From Mycobacteriales bacterium (GTDB lineage Bacteria > Actinomycetota > Actinomycetes > Mycobacteriales > SCTD01): DNA of 64,000 nt. The position numbers and the translations under genes are program-made. Positions 62,282 through 64,000 of this stretch are shown here, piece by piece. Location: contig JBBSKF010000003.1 of NCBI GenBank assembly GCA_038256525.1, positions 2,516 through 66,515 of the forward strand, in the 5' to 3' direction. Within the stretch, counting starts at the first letter, position 1. Each line of letters starts with the position of its first letter. Below the pieces are notes generated by a model. The model saw only the letters and a program-made list of their open reading frames with translations, was not told where the DNA came from and did not search any database.

Positions 62282-64000
62282 TCAGGGAAGGAACTTCGCG
62301 TCCGAGTGCGCCTCTGCCACGATGACCTCGGCGCCGGGCAACCCTCCCGCCGCCGGGTCCAGGAGAACCACGTGGATCGCCCTGACGGTGAGGCCGGTGT
62401 GCCCGGGGACCGTGCCGTCGGAGCAGCCGCTCGCCAGCGTGCCGCCGTTCTCGCAGGTCTGCTCGTTGAGGACGACGAACCCGATCCCGGGCAGCCCGAT
62501 GACGGTGTTCGGGGGCACCGGGGCACTGATCGCCACGCCCAGCACCCTCAAGCCGAGGAACTCGGTGCCTGCGGCGTTGGAGCTACGGCTCCCCGCCGTT
62601 GCCGTGCTGTTGGCCTGCGACGTCACGGCCCGGGCGCTGACCGAACAGCCGGTCACGGTCTCCACGACGCAGACGAAGGCGGCCTCGGCGACGCTCGTGG
62701 CCGTGCTGCTCGTCGCCCCCAAGGTGCCCGTGCTGCTGGAGGTGGCCGTCTTCGTGGTGGCAAGGGTCCCGACGACCGCGGTGTTGAGCGTCTGGCTGGC
62801 TGATCCACCGCTCGGCGGGATCTTGACGTAGCCGAGCGTGGTCGGCAGGAGCGACGGGTCGGTCTGCACATCCAGGATGAAGGCGCTTCCGCTGACCGCC
62901 TGCTTCGCCTGTGCGCCGCAGACGGTGGTCTGTGGGAAGTCCGCATGCGCAACCGCTTGCGACACGATGACGTCGCTGGCTGCGACGCCGAGGACCAAGC
63001 CGGTGATCTTCACACGGATCATGTTGACCGTGACGTTCGCCGCGTACGTCCCACCTGAGCTGCCCGTGGGTGTCGATGTCGACGAGGCGTCCTCATAGAT
63101 GGCGACGTAGCTGCCAGAACCGAACACCAGCGCTGGCAGATCAATGCGGAGGTTGGGCGAGACTGCCTGCGCGACAGGCGGCAGCGGGCCGCTGCCGTCG
63201 AGGTCGATCTTCAGCCCCTCGATCACCGAGCCGGTCGAGCTCACGGTGGTCGAGCTGCCGGTGGCGGTGGCACTGGCCACCCCCCGTACCAGGGAAGCCT
63301 GAACCACCCCGAGCACGTTCACGTCGGTCGCTGTCGCCACCGAGATGGCGTTGGCCTGCGCCGGCGACGAGGTGATGGTGCTGGTGCTCTCGGTCTTGAG
63401 GACACCGGCCTGCAGCACCCCCGGCAGGCTGACGCCGATCAGCTGCGTGAACTCGCTGTCGGCGCCGACGCCCGACTGGCTGCTGTCGACACTTGTGTGG
63501 TCGTGCCCGGTGTCGTTGCCCGCCGGCAAAGTTGCGTCGAGCAGGGTCAGCCCCAGCAGCGACTGGTGTGCCAGGGCGCCCGTGGCACTGCCGTTCGCGT
63601 TGGCACCGGACGGGTTGTCCGAAGGCACGACGCTGACACAGACCCGGTTGGAGCTGACCGGAGCACCAAGGTTCTGATCGGGGCTCTTGATCGTGGCCTG
63701 GTTGCAGACCTCACAGGCCACCAGGCTGGTCACCTTCACCGTGAGGGTGACGGAGCCACTGCCTCCCGCCGCGACCGTGCCGATGGGCCAGGTCACCGTG
63801 CCGGCGCTGTGGGTGCAGCCCCCGGTGCAGCTCTGGAACGCGGTGTTGCTCGGCACGGTGTCGCTGATCACCACACCGGTCGCCGGGGCGTTGCCGGTGT
63901 TGGTGTAAGTCAGGGTGTAGGTGATCAGGCCGGCCGAGTCGACCGAGGTCCTGTCAGCTGCCTTGGCCAGCGCGAGCGCGGGCTTGGCGGTGACGGTGAC
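62282..64000 (-). CDS. large secreted protein: DUF11-type repeat(s) followed by two tandem 'LNEQ/AHADF' beta-domains (N-terminus outside the window)
   Basis: The frame stays open upstream of the track Met at 63874 to position 64000 (..AKAADRTSVDSAGLITYTLTYTNTGNAPATGVVISDTVP.., a DUF11 conserved-repeat signature). The C-terminal domains are related to the 44718-45497 product. Confidence 0.7.
   Translation of the reverse strand, partial: VTVTAKPALALAKAADRTSVDSAGLITYTLTYTNTGNAPATGVVISDTVPSNTAFQSCTGGCTHSAGTVTWPIGTVAAGGSGSVTLTVKVTSLVACEVCNQATIKSPDQNLGAPVSSNRVCVSVVPSDNPSGANANGSATGALAHQSLLGLTLLDATLPAGNDTGHDHTSVDSSQSGVGADSEFTQLIGVSLPGVLQAGVLKTESTSTITSSPAQANAISVATATDVNVLGVVQASLVRGVASATATGSSTTVSSTGSVIEGLKIDLDGSGPLPPVAQAVSPNLRIDLPALVFGSGSYVAIYEDASSTSTPTGSSGGTYAANVTVNMIRVKITGLVLGVAASDVIVSQAVAHADFPQTTVCGAQAKQAVSGSAFILDVQTDPSLLPTTLGYVKIPPSGGSASQTLNTAVVGTLATTKTATSSSTGTLGATSSTATSVAEAAFVCVVETVTGCSVSARAVTSQANSTATAGSRSSNAAGTEFLGLRVLGVAISAPVPPNTVIGLPGIGFVVLNEQTCENGGTLASGCSDGTVPGHTGLTVRAIHVVLLDPAAGGLPGAEVIVAEAHSDAKFLP

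Overview
This is a high-GC (roughly 70%+) actinobacterial chromosomal segment that is densely coding on both strands. I found no rRNA, CRISPR array, transposase or integrase.

About half of the window is housekeeping: ppc, rdgB-rph-MBL-murI, ychF, rmuC, ispH, xseAB, glpX, xthA and fumC. As I recall, this order resembles the mycobacterial Rv1098c-Rv1110 and Rv1338-Rv1341 neighbourhoods.

Five accessory blocks are embedded in it:
1. 1-7.9 kb: a persulfide/sulfur-stress-type cluster. It holds a CsoR-family regulator with a Cys-x-Cys (CstR-like) fingerprint, an MMPL transporter, an MBL-rhodanese fusion, GntR, rhodaneses, TauE, DUF302 and DUF2892.
2. 11.8-15.7 kb: a csoR-copZ-(secreted His-rich two-domain protein)-copA copper operon with a recognisable CsoR operator.
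3. 15.65-22.7 kb: a tightly coupled seven-gene minus-strand operon matching the conserved but functionally unresolved Nit1C / MSMEG_0565-0572 / sll0783-0787 cluster.
4. 23-26.2 kb and 40.8-45.5 kb: two cell-envelope glycan loci. Each pairs a processive GT2 synthase with a ~75-aa Gly-rich mini-protein that ends in an LP[FL]TG + TM + basic signal. The second locus also encodes an exosortase/archaeosortase-like membrane protein. I consider this the most novel candidate system in the window.
5. 33133-33206: a well-folded class-I tRNA carrying a UAG (Leu) anticodon without the long variable arm expected for bacterial tRNA-Leu.

Many long ORFs in the six-frame track are antisense GC artefacts and were rejected. 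All family assignments come from reading motifs by eye, since no database search was possible.
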